DNA of 64,000 bases from Elusimicrobiota bacterium (GTDB lineage: Bacteria > Elusimicrobiota > Elusimicrobia > UBA1565 > UBA9628), in contig JACQWX010000037.1 of the NCBI GenBank assembly GCA_016209035.1, positions 34,593 to 98,592 on the forward strand, read 5' to 3'. This document shows, piece after piece, positions 8,699 to 18,606 of this stretch (position 1 is the first letter of the stretch; each line of letters starts with the position of its first letter). Below the pieces are notes generated by a model. The model saw nothing but the letters and a program-made list of their open reading frames with translations. It was not told the DNA's origin and made no database searches. Made by a program: the position numbers and the translations under genes.

Positions 8699-10065
8699 TG
8701 CCCCCTCACGTCGATTTTGCCAGTCACGGCGACCGAGATCAAGGCGGTACGATACTCCCACAAGCGCTCAACGACGGTTTCGACCTTGGAAACCATCTGG
8801 GCAATCTTCGTGGACTCGTGGTTGAGAAATTCAGCAATCGCAGACTGTTCGTCACGAGGGGGCATTGGGACTTCGAAGCTATACAGGTTGCCAACTGTAA
8901 GCTGGTTGACGGTTGAGGTGAGAAACGTCGCGGATTGATAATCAAACAGCGTGGAATTAAAGACATGGAACAAATAGTCGTTGCATTCGCTCCTGAAGAC
9001 GGTCATGAATGTGCCGAAGGATAGCCCTGCCGAACCCCCATCTATCTTTGCGCTTTTTCCAATTAGGGCGCGACTGCCACTTCTTGAACAGATAAGAACA
9101 TCGCCGACTTTGGTGATGAGCCGTTCCGGTATTTTGGTCTTAACGAATACGTTGTCCTCGAAAATAATCCGTTCGTTGAAAACATTCGAAGCCCGAAGAA
9201 CCAGGGTGCCTTCGCCTTCACCAACCACATCAGCAGGATCGTAGGTCAAGCCGATTATGGCATCTCCAACTCGCCTGAGACGCTTCACATCCCAATGTTC
9301 CGGGATCTTTCCCAACCACTCAATGCCGGAGTCCTTCATCGGCGCTTTGGGGTCGAGGCCCTTGGTGACGGCGTGGCTGATGAGGGCGGATCGCTTCTCC
9401 TCCAAGAGTTCGATGAGCCGCTCCTTCTTGGCGATGAGGGCGTCGAGCTTGGCGGTTTCGCGGTCGAGGAAGGAGACGATGGCCTTCTGCTCATCCTTCG
9501 GCGGTACCAGGAAGATGGCATTGTCGAGGGAATATTTTCCCAAGCCATAGCGTGTGATCCCTGTCGCCTCGACTCTGAATTGATGATTAATCGGAAGGGT
9601 AGCGAAGGACCTGGACAAATAGCGTCCGTCAATTATGTCAGCATTGGGCCGAATCTGTGCAAGGTGATATCCGCAAAGGACCCCTTTCAAATCCTCTGAG
9701 ACATGCGCGGGCACTGCGATATCGTCCCACTCCTCCGAGTCCTTGGTAACGAGGACGTCATCTTTTCGAAGGCTGAACTTTTGGACTTCCTCGCGTGTCG
9801 CCGTGGCGGCCATAAAATCAATGGCAGAGGTGATGCGGTCGTTATAGTAAACGTCGACATAGTTGCAGAGATCGACGGGGATCTCACCGTCAATTGGGTG
9901 TTTGTCGACGTTGCTGAATCTGCTGGAGGCGAGATGCTTCAGTCTTCGGAGTCTCCAATGATCCGGCATACGCCCCAGCCACTCAATCCCCGAATCCCTG
10001 TAGGCGGGGTAAGCCTTCCAGCGGGAACCCGCGCGAGCCGGCGCGGTAGGCGGGTTTGGGCTCAT
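8695..10065 (-). CDS. hsdS: Type I restriction-modification specificity subunit
   Basis: 456 aa with two tandem target-recognition halves. Each half ends in the conserved helical spacer (LIAKKERLIELLEEKRSALISHAVTKGL; VETVVERLWEYRTALISVAVTGKIDVR). 4-nt overlaps with both neighbours. Confidence 0.85.
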   Translation of the reverse strand: MSPNPPTAPARAGSRWKAYPAYRDSGIEWLGRMPDHWRLRRLKHLASSRFSNVDKHPIDGEIPVDLCNYVDVYYNDRITSAIDFMAATATREEVQKFSLRKDDVLVTKDSEEWDDIAVPAHVSEDLKGVLCGYHLAQIRPNADIIDGRYLSRSFATLPINHQFRVEATGITRYGLGKYSLDNAIFLVPPKDEQKAIVSFLDRETAKLDALIAKKERLIELLEEKRSALISHAVTKGLDPKAPMKDSGIEWLGKIPEHWDVKRLRRVGDAIIGLTYDPADVVGEGEGTLVLRASNVFNERIIFEDNVFVKTKIPERLITKVGDVLICSRSGSRALIGKSAKIDGGSAGLSFGTFMTVFRSECNDYLFHVFNSTLFDYQSATFLTSTVNQLTVGNLYSFEVPMPPRDEQSAIAEFLNHESTKIAQMVSKVETVVERLWEYRTALISVAVTGKIDVRGQ

Positions 10066-11165
10066 CTTGCCGGAGCCTCCAGGCTTTCCCGCGAGACCGC
10101 CAGCCGCTCCCTGGCCAGGCGGATGGCGTCATGCAGCTTCTTCTCCAGCACTTTTCGCGGCGGGAGCTCGGTCATGTACTCCGCCACCCGGATGCCGCTC
10201 TTGTCGAGCTGGAGCAGTTCCACCTCCTCGTGGTCCTTCCCGGCGCAGAGGATCAGCCCGATGGGCGCGGCCTCGCCGGAGTCATGCTCGTGCTTCTCCA
10301 GCCAGCGCAGGTAAAGCTCCATCTGTCCTTTGAACTCCGGCTTGAACTTGTCGAGCTTTAGCTCGATGGCAACTAGGCGCTTGAGCTTGCGGTGATAGAA
10401 GAGCAGGTCGAGGTAATAGTCGTTGCCGCCGATCTGTATCCGCTTCTGACGGGCGACGAACGCAAACCCTACGCCAAGCTCCAGGATGAAGGCCTCCATC
10501 TCCCGCAGGATGGCCGATTCAACATCCTTTTCCTGAAAGGCGCCCTTCAAACCTAGGAAATCCAGGAGATAGGGATCGCGAAAGACAAGGTCCGGCGTGA
10601 GCTTGTCCTCCTCCCGCAGATTCTTGAGCTCCATAGCAGCGAGCTTGGCGGGTTTCTTGGAAAGGGCGGTTCGTTCAAAGAGCATGCCGCCGATCTTCTG
10701 CCGGAGGGTCCGGACGCTCCAGCGCTCCAGGCGGCACATCTCGGCGTAGAAGTCCCGCTTGAGCTGGTCCTGGATGTAGACGATCTCCTTGAAGTGGCTC
10801 CAGCCCAATTGTCTCGACAGCGTGGAGACAATCTGAGCGTCGGGGAAGGCCTCAGCGAAGCGCATCATGTGGCGCAGCCCTTTCTCGGAGAAGCCTTCGC
10901 CGAACTCTTGGGACAATTGTCTCCCCGCCGCGGAGACAATCCTCTCGCCGTACTCGGCGCGTTTACCGCCTAGGATGTCCTGCCGGACGCGCCTGCCCAC
11001 GCTCCAATACAGGGTCGTCAACCCCGCGTTAATCGCCTGGGAAACCTGATTTCGCGCGGTATGGATCAGGGAGCGGATGTCCGTAACGAGCGTCTCGACA
11101 GTCCGCCTCGCGGGGGGACTCTCCTGCTGCGCTATAAGCTGCCTGCGGGCGGCGGATTCCTTCAT
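10062..11165 (-). CDS. YhcG/DUF1016-type PD-(D/E)xK nuclease-family protein inserted between hsdM and hsdS
   Basis: 367 aa. C-terminal core IQIGGNDYYLDLLFYHRKLKRLVAIELKLDKF is typical of this family, which is commonly found inside type I R-M loci. Confidence 0.75.
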   Translation of the reverse strand: MKESAARRQLIAQQESPPARRTVETLVTDIRSLIHTARNQVSQAINAGLTTLYWSVGRRVRQDILGGKRAEYGERIVSAAGRQLSQEFGEGFSEKGLRHMMRFAEAFPDAQIVSTLSRQLGWSHFKEIVYIQDQLKRDFYAEMCRLERWSVRTLRQKIGGMLFERTALSKKPAKLAAMELKNLREEDKLTPDLVFRDPYLLDFLGLKGAFQEKDVESAILREMEAFILELGVGFAFVARQKRIQIGGNDYYLDLLFYHRKLKRLVAIELKLDKFKPEFKGQMELYLRWLEKHEHDSGEAAPIGLILCAGKDHEEVELLQLDKSGIRVAEYMTELPPRKVLEKKLHDAIRLARERLAVSRESLEAPAR

Positions 11166-13198
11166 CTGGCCACCTCAGACAGCATGCCGAGGATGTCCTT
11201 CTCCAGGGCCTTGATGTCGGCCTCGATCTCCTCCAGGGGGCGCGGGGGCTGGTACTTGTAGAAGTAGCGGTTGAAGTTGATCTCGTAGCCGACCCTGCCG
11301 ACCCCGCCGTCCTTGTGATCCTTGATGGCCGCGTTGATCCAGGCGTCCGGGACATGGGGCGCGACCTCGCGCTTGAAGTAGGCGTTGATGTCTTCCCCAA
11401 GGGGCACGTTTTCGGTGTCCCGCAGCTCGGGGTCCGGCACGAGATTCCCCTCAATGTCGCGGCAGATCTCGGCTGTCTCGTCGCGCTCCGAAAGGGCTGA
11501 CATGATCGCCTTGCGAACAGGCGTGGACACCTTGACGCCCCTGGCTTTGGCCGCGCTGTTGAACGCAATCCAAAAGGGCCCCCGGTCCTTGAACAGGGTT
11601 TGGGGGAGAGACGCGAGCAAGGCAAGTATCTCCGTTTGTTCCTTGCGTCCCTCCGTCTCCTCGGCGGCTTTCGACGCGGGGTGCTTCTTCCTGCTCTCAG
11701 CCAAGGCAATGAACGCCTTCTCGCTCTTGAGGCGCGCGATTCGTTCCGCGCCGGCCTGGAGGTTCAGCCGGAGCGGCCGCTCGACCGTTATCTTGCGGTA
11801 GCCGAAGGATTCGCGGTCGAATATCTTGGAGTGATCCGAATCCTTGAAGGCGGAAGCAAGTTCGGCGATCTCCCGAATCCGTTCCTCCGATATCAAATGG
11901 CGCTTGTCTCCCAGGCTCTTGGGCATGGGAATCCAGAAAGATGACGCGTCAATGAGCTGGACCTTGCCCTCGCGCTTGGAGTCCTTGCGGTTGGTCAGGA
12001 CCCAAACGTAGGTGCTGATGCCGGTGTTGTAGAAAAGCTGATCAGGGAGAGCGACGATGGATTCAAGCCAATCGTTCTCAAGAATCCAGCGGCGGATATC
12101 GCTCTCGCCGCTGCCCGCGTCGCCGGTGAACAGGGGCGAGCCGTTCATCACGATGGCGATGCGGCTGCCGCCGGACTTCGCCTCCTGCATTCGGGCAAGC
12201 AGGTGCTGGAGGAACAGGAGCTGCCCGTCGCTGATCCGCGGCAGGCCCGCCCCGAAGCGGCCGGCATACCCTCTCGTGGCCTCAGCCTCGACCGCGTCCT
12301 GGTCCATCTTCCATTCCTTGCCGTAGGGCGGGTTGGTGAGGAGATAGTCGAATTTCCGGGAGGAGTGCTGATCCTTGGAGAGCGTGCTTCCGAATTTGAT
12401 GTTCTCGGCGTCCCGGCCGTCCAGGCTCTTGAGGTAGAGGTCGGATTTGCAGACTGCGAAGGTCTCGGGCTGGGATTCCTGGCCGAAGAGATGGACCTCG
12501 GCGTTCTTGTTGATCTCCAGGATCCGCTCTTTGGCGATCGTGAGCATGCCCCCAGAGCCGCAACAGGGATCGTACACGGTCTTGACGATGTGGTTCTTGC
12601 TGAGAACGTCCCTGTCCCGCGACACGATCAGGTCCACCATGAGGCGGATGACCTCGCGGGGGGTGAAGTGCTCCCCGGGATTCTCGTTCATGGCCTCGTT
12701 GAAGCGCCGGATGAGTTCCTCGAAGATGGTGCCCATCTCCAGGTTCGAGACCTTGTCCGGGTGGAGGTCGATGTTCTTGAACCGCTCGAGGACCAGGAAA
12801 AGCAGGCCGGCCTCTTCCAGCTTCGTGATCGTGTTGGCGAACTCGAACTTCTCCAGCACCTCACGCATGTTGTCGGAAAAGTTCTGAATGTAGGAGCGCA
12901 GGTTGGCGGCCAGGCTCGGCGCATCGTCGAGCAGGGTCTCAAAGTCGTACCGGGAGGTGTTGTAGAAGGCGAATCCCGATGCCTTGCAGAGCTGGGGGTA
13001 GCGGTTGGCGAGGTCCTTGGCCTTGAGCTTGGCGTTGACCGCCAAGACCTTCTGCTTCGTCGGAGCCAAGACGCAGTCCAGGCGGCGCAGGACGGTCAGG
13101 GGAAGGATCACGTCCTGGTACTTGCTGCGTTTGAAGCTGTCGCGCAGGAGCTCGGCGATGCTCCAGATAAAATTGGCATTATCGTTGAAGCTGGTCAT
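11162..13198 (-). CDS. hsdM: Type I restriction-modification N6-adenine DNA methyltransferase subunit
   Basis: 678 aa. HsdM N-terminal helical domain (NFIWSIAELLRDSFKRSKYQDVILPLTVLRRLD), motif I DPCCGSGGML, motif IV NPPYG. Confidence 0.92.
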   Translation of the reverse strand: MTSFNDNANFIWSIAELLRDSFKRSKYQDVILPLTVLRRLDCVLAPTKQKVLAVNAKLKAKDLANRYPQLCKASGFAFYNTSRYDFETLLDDAPSLAANLRSYIQNFSDNMREVLEKFEFANTITKLEEAGLLFLVLERFKNIDLHPDKVSNLEMGTIFEELIRRFNEAMNENPGEHFTPREVIRLMVDLIVSRDRDVLSKNHIVKTVYDPCCGSGGMLTIAKERILEINKNAEVHLFGQESQPETFAVCKSDLYLKSLDGRDAENIKFGSTLSKDQHSSRKFDYLLTNPPYGKEWKMDQDAVEAEATRGYAGRFGAGLPRISDGQLLFLQHLLARMQEAKSGGSRIAIVMNGSPLFTGDAGSGESDIRRWILENDWLESIVALPDQLFYNTGISTYVWVLTNRKDSKREGKVQLIDASSFWIPMPKSLGDKRHLISEERIREIAELASAFKDSDHSKIFDRESFGYRKITVERPLRLNLQAGAERIARLKSEKAFIALAESRKKHPASKAAEETEGRKEQTEILALLASLPQTLFKDRGPFWIAFNSAAKARGVKVSTPVRKAIMSALSERDETAEICRDIEGNLVPDPELRDTENVPLGEDINAYFKREVAPHVPDAWINAAIKDHKDGGVGRVGYEINFNRYFYKYQPPRPLEEIEADIKALEKDILGMLSEVAR

Positions 13199-13755
13199 TT
13201 CGCCGGCCTATTCATTGCCGCGGCCACGATCTCGGCGGAAAGCCCGCTGCGCCTGGCCAGGGCCTCCTCGTCGGGACCGGCCCGTCGCGCCAGGCGGCGC
13301 ACGTATTCCCTCTGGAGGTCGCCGAGCGCCTCCGCGAAGGGCTCCTTGCCGAAGATCGCGCCGAGCCCGGCCGACTCCCGCTTGAGCTCGACCCACCGCA
13401 TGGCCCGGTCCATGGCGAAGATGATCTGCTCCTTCTTGAAGGGCTTGGTGATGTAGTCGAACACGCCCAGAGACAGCGCCTCCATCGCCGTCTCCAGCGA
13501 GCCGAAGGCGGTGATAATGATCATCTCCTCCGGCCGGCCCTTCTCCTTGAGCATCCGCAGGATGTCGAGCCCGTCCATCCCCGGCATCTTGAGGTCCGCG
13601 ACGATCAGGTCGAAGACCTCGCCATCGAGCAGGCGGGGCGCCTCCAGGGGATTGTTCGTGGTGACGATGCGATAGCCGGTCTTTTCCCGGACGATCCGCT
13701 CCAAGAGCCTGAGCATGTCGGGTTCGTCGTCGATCGCCAGGATGCTCTGCGCCAT
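13195..13755 (-). CDS. Response regulator: receiver domain plus short C-terminal tail (possible Fis-like HTH)
   Basis: ILAIDDEPD...DLIVADLKMPGMDG...ITKPF. The tail contains ALARRSGLSAEIV. The stop overlaps the hsdM ATG (ATGA at 13195-13198). RBS AAGGAGGAGGA lies before the ATG at 13755. Confidence 0.85.
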   Translation of the reverse strand: MAQSILAIDDEPDMLRLLERIVREKTGYRIVTTNNPLEAPRLLDGEVFDLIVADLKMPGMDGLDILRMLKEKGRPEEMIIITAFGSLETAMEALSLGVFDYITKPFKKEQIIFAMDRAMRWVELKRESAGLGAIFGKEPFAEALGDLQREYVRRLARRAGPDEEALARRSGLSAEIVAAAMNRPAK

Positions 13756-13768
13756 GGGGTCCTCCTCC

Positions 13769-15994
13769 TTAGCTTGGTGCTCCCTCCGGGCCCTTCTCGA
13801 CCGCCCGGCGGATGGGCATGGAGACCGTGAACGTGGTCCCGCTGGCCTGGTCCGGATGGTCGTGCTTCGAGACGCTCGTGAAGGAGATGCTGCCGCCGTA
13901 CTTCTTCACGATCCCGTAGCACAGCGACAGCCCCAGGCCCGTGCCCGCCCCCACCTTCTTGGTCGTGAAGAACGGGTCGAAGATCCGGGGCCGGATGCTC
14001 TCGGGGATGCCCGAGCCGGTGTCCGAAACGCTGGCGCGCACCCAATCCCCGTCGGCCCATGCCTTCAGGACGATCCTCCCCGCCTCGTTGTTCATGGCGG
14101 CGATCGAGTTGGCGATCAGGTTGAAGATCACCTGCTGGAACTCGCGGCTGTCCCCGGACACCTTGGGCAGACGCTCCGGCGCCGAGACCCTAAGCTCCAT
14201 CTTCTTGACCATCAGCGTGTTGCTGACGATGCCGGCCACGGTCTCCAGGGCGAGCTTGACGTCGACCACGTCCTCCAGGCCCTCCGTCACGCGGGCGAAT
14301 CCCAGGAGCTTGCCGACGATCCTCTTGGCGTTGGTGGCCTGCGACTCGATGGTCCTGAGGTCCTCGTGCTCCCGGGAGCCGGGCTTGAACTTCTCCAGGA
14401 GCAGGTCCGTGAACCCCAGGATCACCCCCAGGGGGTTGTTGATCTCATGGGCCACCCCGGCGGCCAGCGTCCCGATCGAGGCCAGCTTCTCGGCGTGATA
14501 GATACGCTGGTCCATCTCGAAGCCCTCGGTGACGTCGCGGGTGATGCCCAAGACCAGGCGGATCGCGCCATGATCGTCCCGGATTGGGACCAGCTTGGTG
14601 CTCAGCCGGGTCTTGCGGCCGTCCAGGTCGACCGAGTGCTCGTAGGAATCGCTGGCCTGGCGCTCCAGCACCCGGGCCATCCTGCTCCTCATGAAGGAGA
14701 CGTCCTCCGGCCGCAGGAGCTCGGCGAAGCTCCGGCCCAGGTAGGATTCTTCCTTGGCGCCCTCGGACTTCCTGGCCAGGATATTCGAGAGCATGTCCGC
14801 GAAGGGCCCGTTGAGCAGGACCACGCGCATGTCGAGGTCCAGGACATAGATCATGTCGGTGGCCTGCCCCACGACCCGCTCGTAGATCCGTTCCATGGTG
14901 TGGAAGTCCGCCTCGGTCTTCTCGACCTTCTGCTGGAGCGCCTGGGAGCCGCGGTACTGGTGGATGACGATCAGGAGCCCGAAGACGAACATCCCAGTGA
15001 TGATGGCCGCCCCGACCGCGAAATGCCGGGTGTAGATCCGGTGGACCGCGGCCGCGACCTCGCTCTTGGGCGCGACGACCGCCACCGACCAGGCCCTCCT
15101 GCCCGGAAGGGCGGGGGTCTTGACCGGGGTGAAGGCGATGAGCTTGGCCATCTCGCCTTCGATCCCCAGGTGCCAGCCGCTGACGTACTCCCCGGCGCCC
15201 TCCTCGCCGCGCAGCATCCGGTCCTTCATGATGGAGTTGATCTTGGCGAAGCTGATGTAGGGCTTCTTCTCCTTGCGGGCCTGCAAGGCGCTCTTGCCGA
15301 TGAAGTGCTCCTCGGGATGGGAAAGGAAGGTCCCCTTCTCGTCGATGGCCCAGGCGTAGCCGGTCTTGCCGGACCCGATGTGGCGGGTCACCGCTCCCAC
15401 CAGGCCCGGGACGTCAATGCGCCCGTAGAGCAAGCGGCCCGCCCTCCCGCCGGAAGCGACCTCCATGCAGGCCGTGGCAGTGACCAGGGACCTGGCGCCC
15501 TCCTTATCCTCCACCTGGAGAGGGCCCAGGATCATCTGGTCCAGACCGATCTCGCCGCATTCCCGCAGGGTCCTCCCGGGCGGACCCGGGGCCCGGCCGT
15601 CCAGGCGCGCCCACTCGCCCACGCGGCCTTGCCTGTCCATGACGCCCGCCTCGAGGAGCCCCTTGGCGCTGTTGCGCGAAAGCAGCCCCCGCATGGCCCA
15701 CGCCAAGGAAGTCCTTCCGGGATCGGCCTCCATGAAGCGATTGAGGCTCACGAGATCGAGCTCGATGTCGCGCAGGGTCCCCTCGATCTGGTAGACCGCC
15801 TGTTTGGCGAGAGAGAGCTGCTGCTGGTTGAAGTCGGCGCTGATCTGATCCCTGGCGCTGCCCGCGCTCTGGTAGACCAGCAGGAGGGCCGCCCCGATGA
15901 CGAGGAAGAAGAAGACCGAACTCCCCGCCGCCAGGTAGCGGATGTCGAGGAGGGAACGGCACGCCGCCCGCAGCCGCTCCAAGGCCGAGCTCAC
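13769..15994 (-). CDS. Sensor histidine kinase (two TM helices flanking a Cache-like periplasmic region, PAS, HisKA, HATPase)
   Basis: H-box AAGVAHEINNPLGVI, N/G boxes IFNLIANSIAAM, DTGSGIP, GTGLGLS. The probable start is GTG 15994, overlapping the upstream stop (GTGA). The track ORF extends to ATG 16054, which would overlap the upstream gene by 64 nt. Confidence 0.85.
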   Translation of the reverse strand: MSSALERLRAACRSLLDIRYLAAGSSVFFFLVIGAALLLVYQSAGSARDQISADFNQQQLSLAKQAVYQIEGTLRDIELDLVSLNRFMEADPGRTSLAWAMRGLLSRNSAKGLLEAGVMDRQGRVGEWARLDGRAPGPPGRTLRECGEIGLDQMILGPLQVEDKEGARSLVTATACMEVASGGRAGRLLYGRIDVPGLVGAVTRHIGSGKTGYAWAIDEKGTFLSHPEEHFIGKSALQARKEKKPYISFAKINSIMKDRMLRGEEGAGEYVSGWHLGIEGEMAKLIAFTPVKTPALPGRRAWSVAVVAPKSEVAAAVHRIYTRHFAVGAAIITGMFVFGLLIVIHQYRGSQALQQKVEKTEADFHTMERIYERVVGQATDMIYVLDLDMRVVLLNGPFADMLSNILARKSEGAKEESYLGRSFAELLRPEDVSFMRSRMARVLERQASDSYEHSVDLDGRKTRLSTKLVPIRDDHGAIRLVLGITRDVTEGFEMDQRIYHAEKLASIGTLAAGVAHEINNPLGVILGFTDLLLEKFKPGSREHEDLRTIESQATNAKRIVGKLLGFARVTEGLEDVVDVKLALETVAGIVSNTLMVKKMELRVSAPERLPKVSGDSREFQQVIFNLIANSIAAMNNEAGRIVLKAWADGDWVRASVSDTGSGIPESIRPRIFDPFFTTKKVGAGTGLGLSLCYGIVKKYGGSISFTSVSKHDHPDQASGTTFTVSMPIRRAVEKGPEGAPS

Positions 15995-18606
15995 GATCCG
16001 GCCTCCCCTGCCCGGTCCAGCCCCAGCTTCGCCGAGAAATCCCGGACGTACCACTCGAGGATCCTGTCGTTGCCGAGCGCCATGTCGAGCTGCTTGGTCA
16101 TGATGGCGAGCCTACCTAGCGCATGCAGCCTGCTGGCGATGTCCTCGCGGCTCTGGTAGGAGATCCTGGTGTCCAGGAAATCCCCGCGGCTTAAGCTCTC
16201 GAAGCCCAGCCTCCCCAGGAGGGTCTCGATGAGCCTGATGCGCCGCATCCGTCCGCCCAACGACGCCCCGCCCTGCTTGTACTGCATGCGGATGTAGTTC
16301 TTGCTCATCTCGGCCGCGCACAAGGCCTCGACCGTGGTGAAATGATAGCCCATGCGCAGGCTCAGCAGCATGTACTCGCGCCCAAGAAGGGCGTAGCTCT
16401 TCTCCAGGAACTCGGGCCGCCCGCCCATCACCTGGTGGGCGCCGATCACCGACATGAGGCCCTTCGCGCTGGCGGCCGGGGGCTTGGGCCAGCCCTCCTT
16501 CCTGACCCCGGCCCAGAAGGCCTTCATCGGCTCGGACCCGAGCTCACCCTCCCCCACGGATTTCTTCCCGCGGCAGGCCGCGGAAAGGTCCGGATCGAGA
16601 TAAATGATGGTGACCGGAAGCGGGATCGCGCTCTCGAGCTTCAACCCCAGCTGATCCTTCTCCTTAATATCCTCGCCCGACGAGAACATCTCCTCCATCG
16701 CCCGCTGGTGGCACAAGCGCGTGATGTCGTGGAGCGTCCGGCAGTTCCTCGGCGTGAAATCAGGGTCCGCCGGATGGACCAGGTGGAGGGGAGAGACCTT
16801 GCCCAGGACCCTCTTCGTCAAGGCGATGATGTCGTCCTCCTCGGGCGATTCGAACTCGGCTTCCCGCGCCCGGATCAGCTCCTCCTGAAGGCCGGCGTAC
16901 ACGGCGCCGCCGGTGGCGTCCACCGTGACCGGCCTACCCTCCTCGAGCCCGTTCCAGTCGAGCACCACGGTGGGGACGCGGTACTCCCGCGCCAGGGTCG
17001 CCAGGTGGCTCGCCATGCTGCCCACGGCCGTCACGATGGACTTGAGCCTTCCCATGACGGCGCTGATCTGGGGGAAGGGATGCGACACCGCCAGCACGGC
17101 GCCGTCGGGGACCCGGGCCAGCTCCTCCGGCGAGGAGGCGAAGAACAAGGGCCCCGCGCCCGCGCCGGGGCACACCGTGGTCCCTCCCGTTCGCAGAGCC
17201 TGGAGCCGGGACAAGTCGGGAAGCGAAGGGGCGGCCTTGCGCTGGAAGACCCTCAACGGACGGTTCTGAAGCAGGAACAGCCGGCCATTCCGGTCCAGGG
17301 CCCACTCGATGTCCCTGGGGCCTTCGTAGTGCCCCTCGACAGCCAAGGCCATCCGGACCAGCTCCTGGACCTGGCCCTCGCCGATCGAGAACCGTTCGAT
17401 CTCGGGCGCGGGTACCTCTTCCCGGGCTATGCCGCCCTCCGGCCGCAGCACCAGCCTGAAGGGCTTCCTGGCCGCCTTGGAGCGCTTGATGGAGAGGTCC
17501 TCGCGGGAGACCCGGAAGGAGTCGGGCGTGAGCGTGCCGTCCACCAGGTACTGGCCCTGGCCCCAGACCGCGCTCACGAGGGCGCAGCCGTCGTCGGGCG
17601 AGACCGGGTCCCTGGTGTAGACCACGCCGCTGGCGAGGGCGTCCACCATGGAGATCAGTCCCACGCCCATCGCAAGGCGGGTCTCGGAAAGCGCGTGGCT
17701 CAGGAAGTAGTAGATGGCCTTGGGCGTGAACTTGCTGGCCAGGACCTCCCGGTAGCGATCCACCACCTCCCCGGGCCCGACATTCAGGAAGGTCGCGTAC
17801 TGCCCGGCGAAACTCAGGGAGGCATCCTCGCCCAGGGCGCTCGAGCGCACGGAGAACCTCCCGGATGGGGAGCGTCGGGCCAGAGCGTCGGCGCTCGTCC
17901 GCAAGGCGCCGGCCAGGTCCTCCGGGACCGGGCTCGACAGGATCATTTCCCGTATCTCCGCGCCCGCCCTCGCCAGGTCGTCGAAGTCCCTGGCGTCGAG
18001 GGTCTGAATCCGGCCGGCGACGCGCTCGCGCAGGGCGTTGGCCTCCAGGAAGTGCTTGTAGGCCCAGGCGCTCACGGCGAAGCCCTCCGGCACCGGCAGG
18101 CCCAGCCTGGACTTCATCTCGCCTAGCCCGGCGCATTTGGCGCCCACGCTCCAGTCCCGGTCCCTGCCGAGGGACTCCAGCGGGATGACGAACTCATCCT
18201 TCTCGACGGAACGGCTCCCGGGAAGGATGCCCTCGATCTCCCTGTCGATCGCGGCCAAGCGGCCCCTGAGCACGGCGTAGTCCGCGCCTCCCAGGGCCAC
18301 CATGTCCTCGATCATGCCGGCTACGCCGCGGCGCAGGCCGTCGAGGCCGGCGCGGACGTAGTTGATGTCGAAGAAGTACTCCCCTCCCGCTTTCTCCTCC
18401 ATGTCGCTCATGGTCTTGAGCACCTGGTTGTTCCGCTCCAGCAGGCCGGTGAAATGCGCGAACTTGCGATGGAGGTCCTTCAAGGCGGAGTCCGGGTCCC
18501 GCGGGCCTCCGGCCGCGGCCAGGACTTCCTCCAGGGAATCATGCCTAGCCCTCCCGGTCGACGGCCGGCCTTGCTTCCTCCACCAGGACATCAGCCATTC
18601 CATCAT
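15991..18606 (-). CDS. PEP-synthase-like protein: ATP-grasp (PPDK_N-type) + swivel phospho-His domain, no PEP/pyruvate TIM barrel, uncharacterised C-terminal domain (paralog 1)
   Basis: 871 aa. Motifs VGAKCAGLGEMKSRLGLPVPEGF, SVRSSALGEDASLSFAGQYATFLNV and IVTAVGSMASHLATLAREYRVPTVV. The C-terminal ~300 aa align by eye only with 38622-41195 (MGYHFTTVEAL vs LGYHFNMVDVY). Confidence 0.8.
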   Translation of the reverse strand: MMEWLMSWWRKQGRPSTGRARHDSLEEVLAAAGGPRDPDSALKDLHRKFAHFTGLLERNNQVLKTMSDMEEKAGGEYFFDINYVRAGLDGLRRGVAGMIEDMVALGGADYAVLRGRLAAIDREIEGILPGSRSVEKDEFVIPLESLGRDRDWSVGAKCAGLGEMKSRLGLPVPEGFAVSAWAYKHFLEANALRERVAGRIQTLDARDFDDLARAGAEIREMILSSPVPEDLAGALRTSADALARRSPSGRFSVRSSALGEDASLSFAGQYATFLNVGPGEVVDRYREVLASKFTPKAIYYFLSHALSETRLAMGVGLISMVDALASGVVYTRDPVSPDDGCALVSAVWGQGQYLVDGTLTPDSFRVSREDLSIKRSKAARKPFRLVLRPEGGIAREEVPAPEIERFSIGEGQVQELVRMALAVEGHYEGPRDIEWALDRNGRLFLLQNRPLRVFQRKAAPSLPDLSRLQALRTGGTTVCPGAGAGPLFFASSPEELARVPDGAVLAVSHPFPQISAVMGRLKSIVTAVGSMASHLATLAREYRVPTVVLDWNGLEEGRPVTVDATGGAVYAGLQEELIRAREAEFESPEEDDIIALTKRVLGKVSPLHLVHPADPDFTPRNCRTLHDITRLCHQRAMEEMFSSGEDIKEKDQLGLKLESAIPLPVTIIYLDPDLSAACRGKKSVGEGELGSEPMKAFWAGVRKEGWPKPPAASAKGLMSVIGAHQVMGGRPEFLEKSYALLGREYMLLSLRMGYHFTTVEALCAAEMSKNYIRMQYKQGGASLGGRMRRIRLIETLLGRLGFESLSRGDFLDTRISYQSREDIASRLHALGRLAIMTKQLDMALGNDRILEWYVRDFSAKLGLDRAGEAGS

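Noticed and set aside
5427-13198. Calling the type I R-M block a mobile element or genomic island with defined ends.
   Set aside because: I found no integrase, transposase, tRNA target, inverted repeats or direct repeats at the borders. Only the compositional shift and gene content suggest foreign origin.
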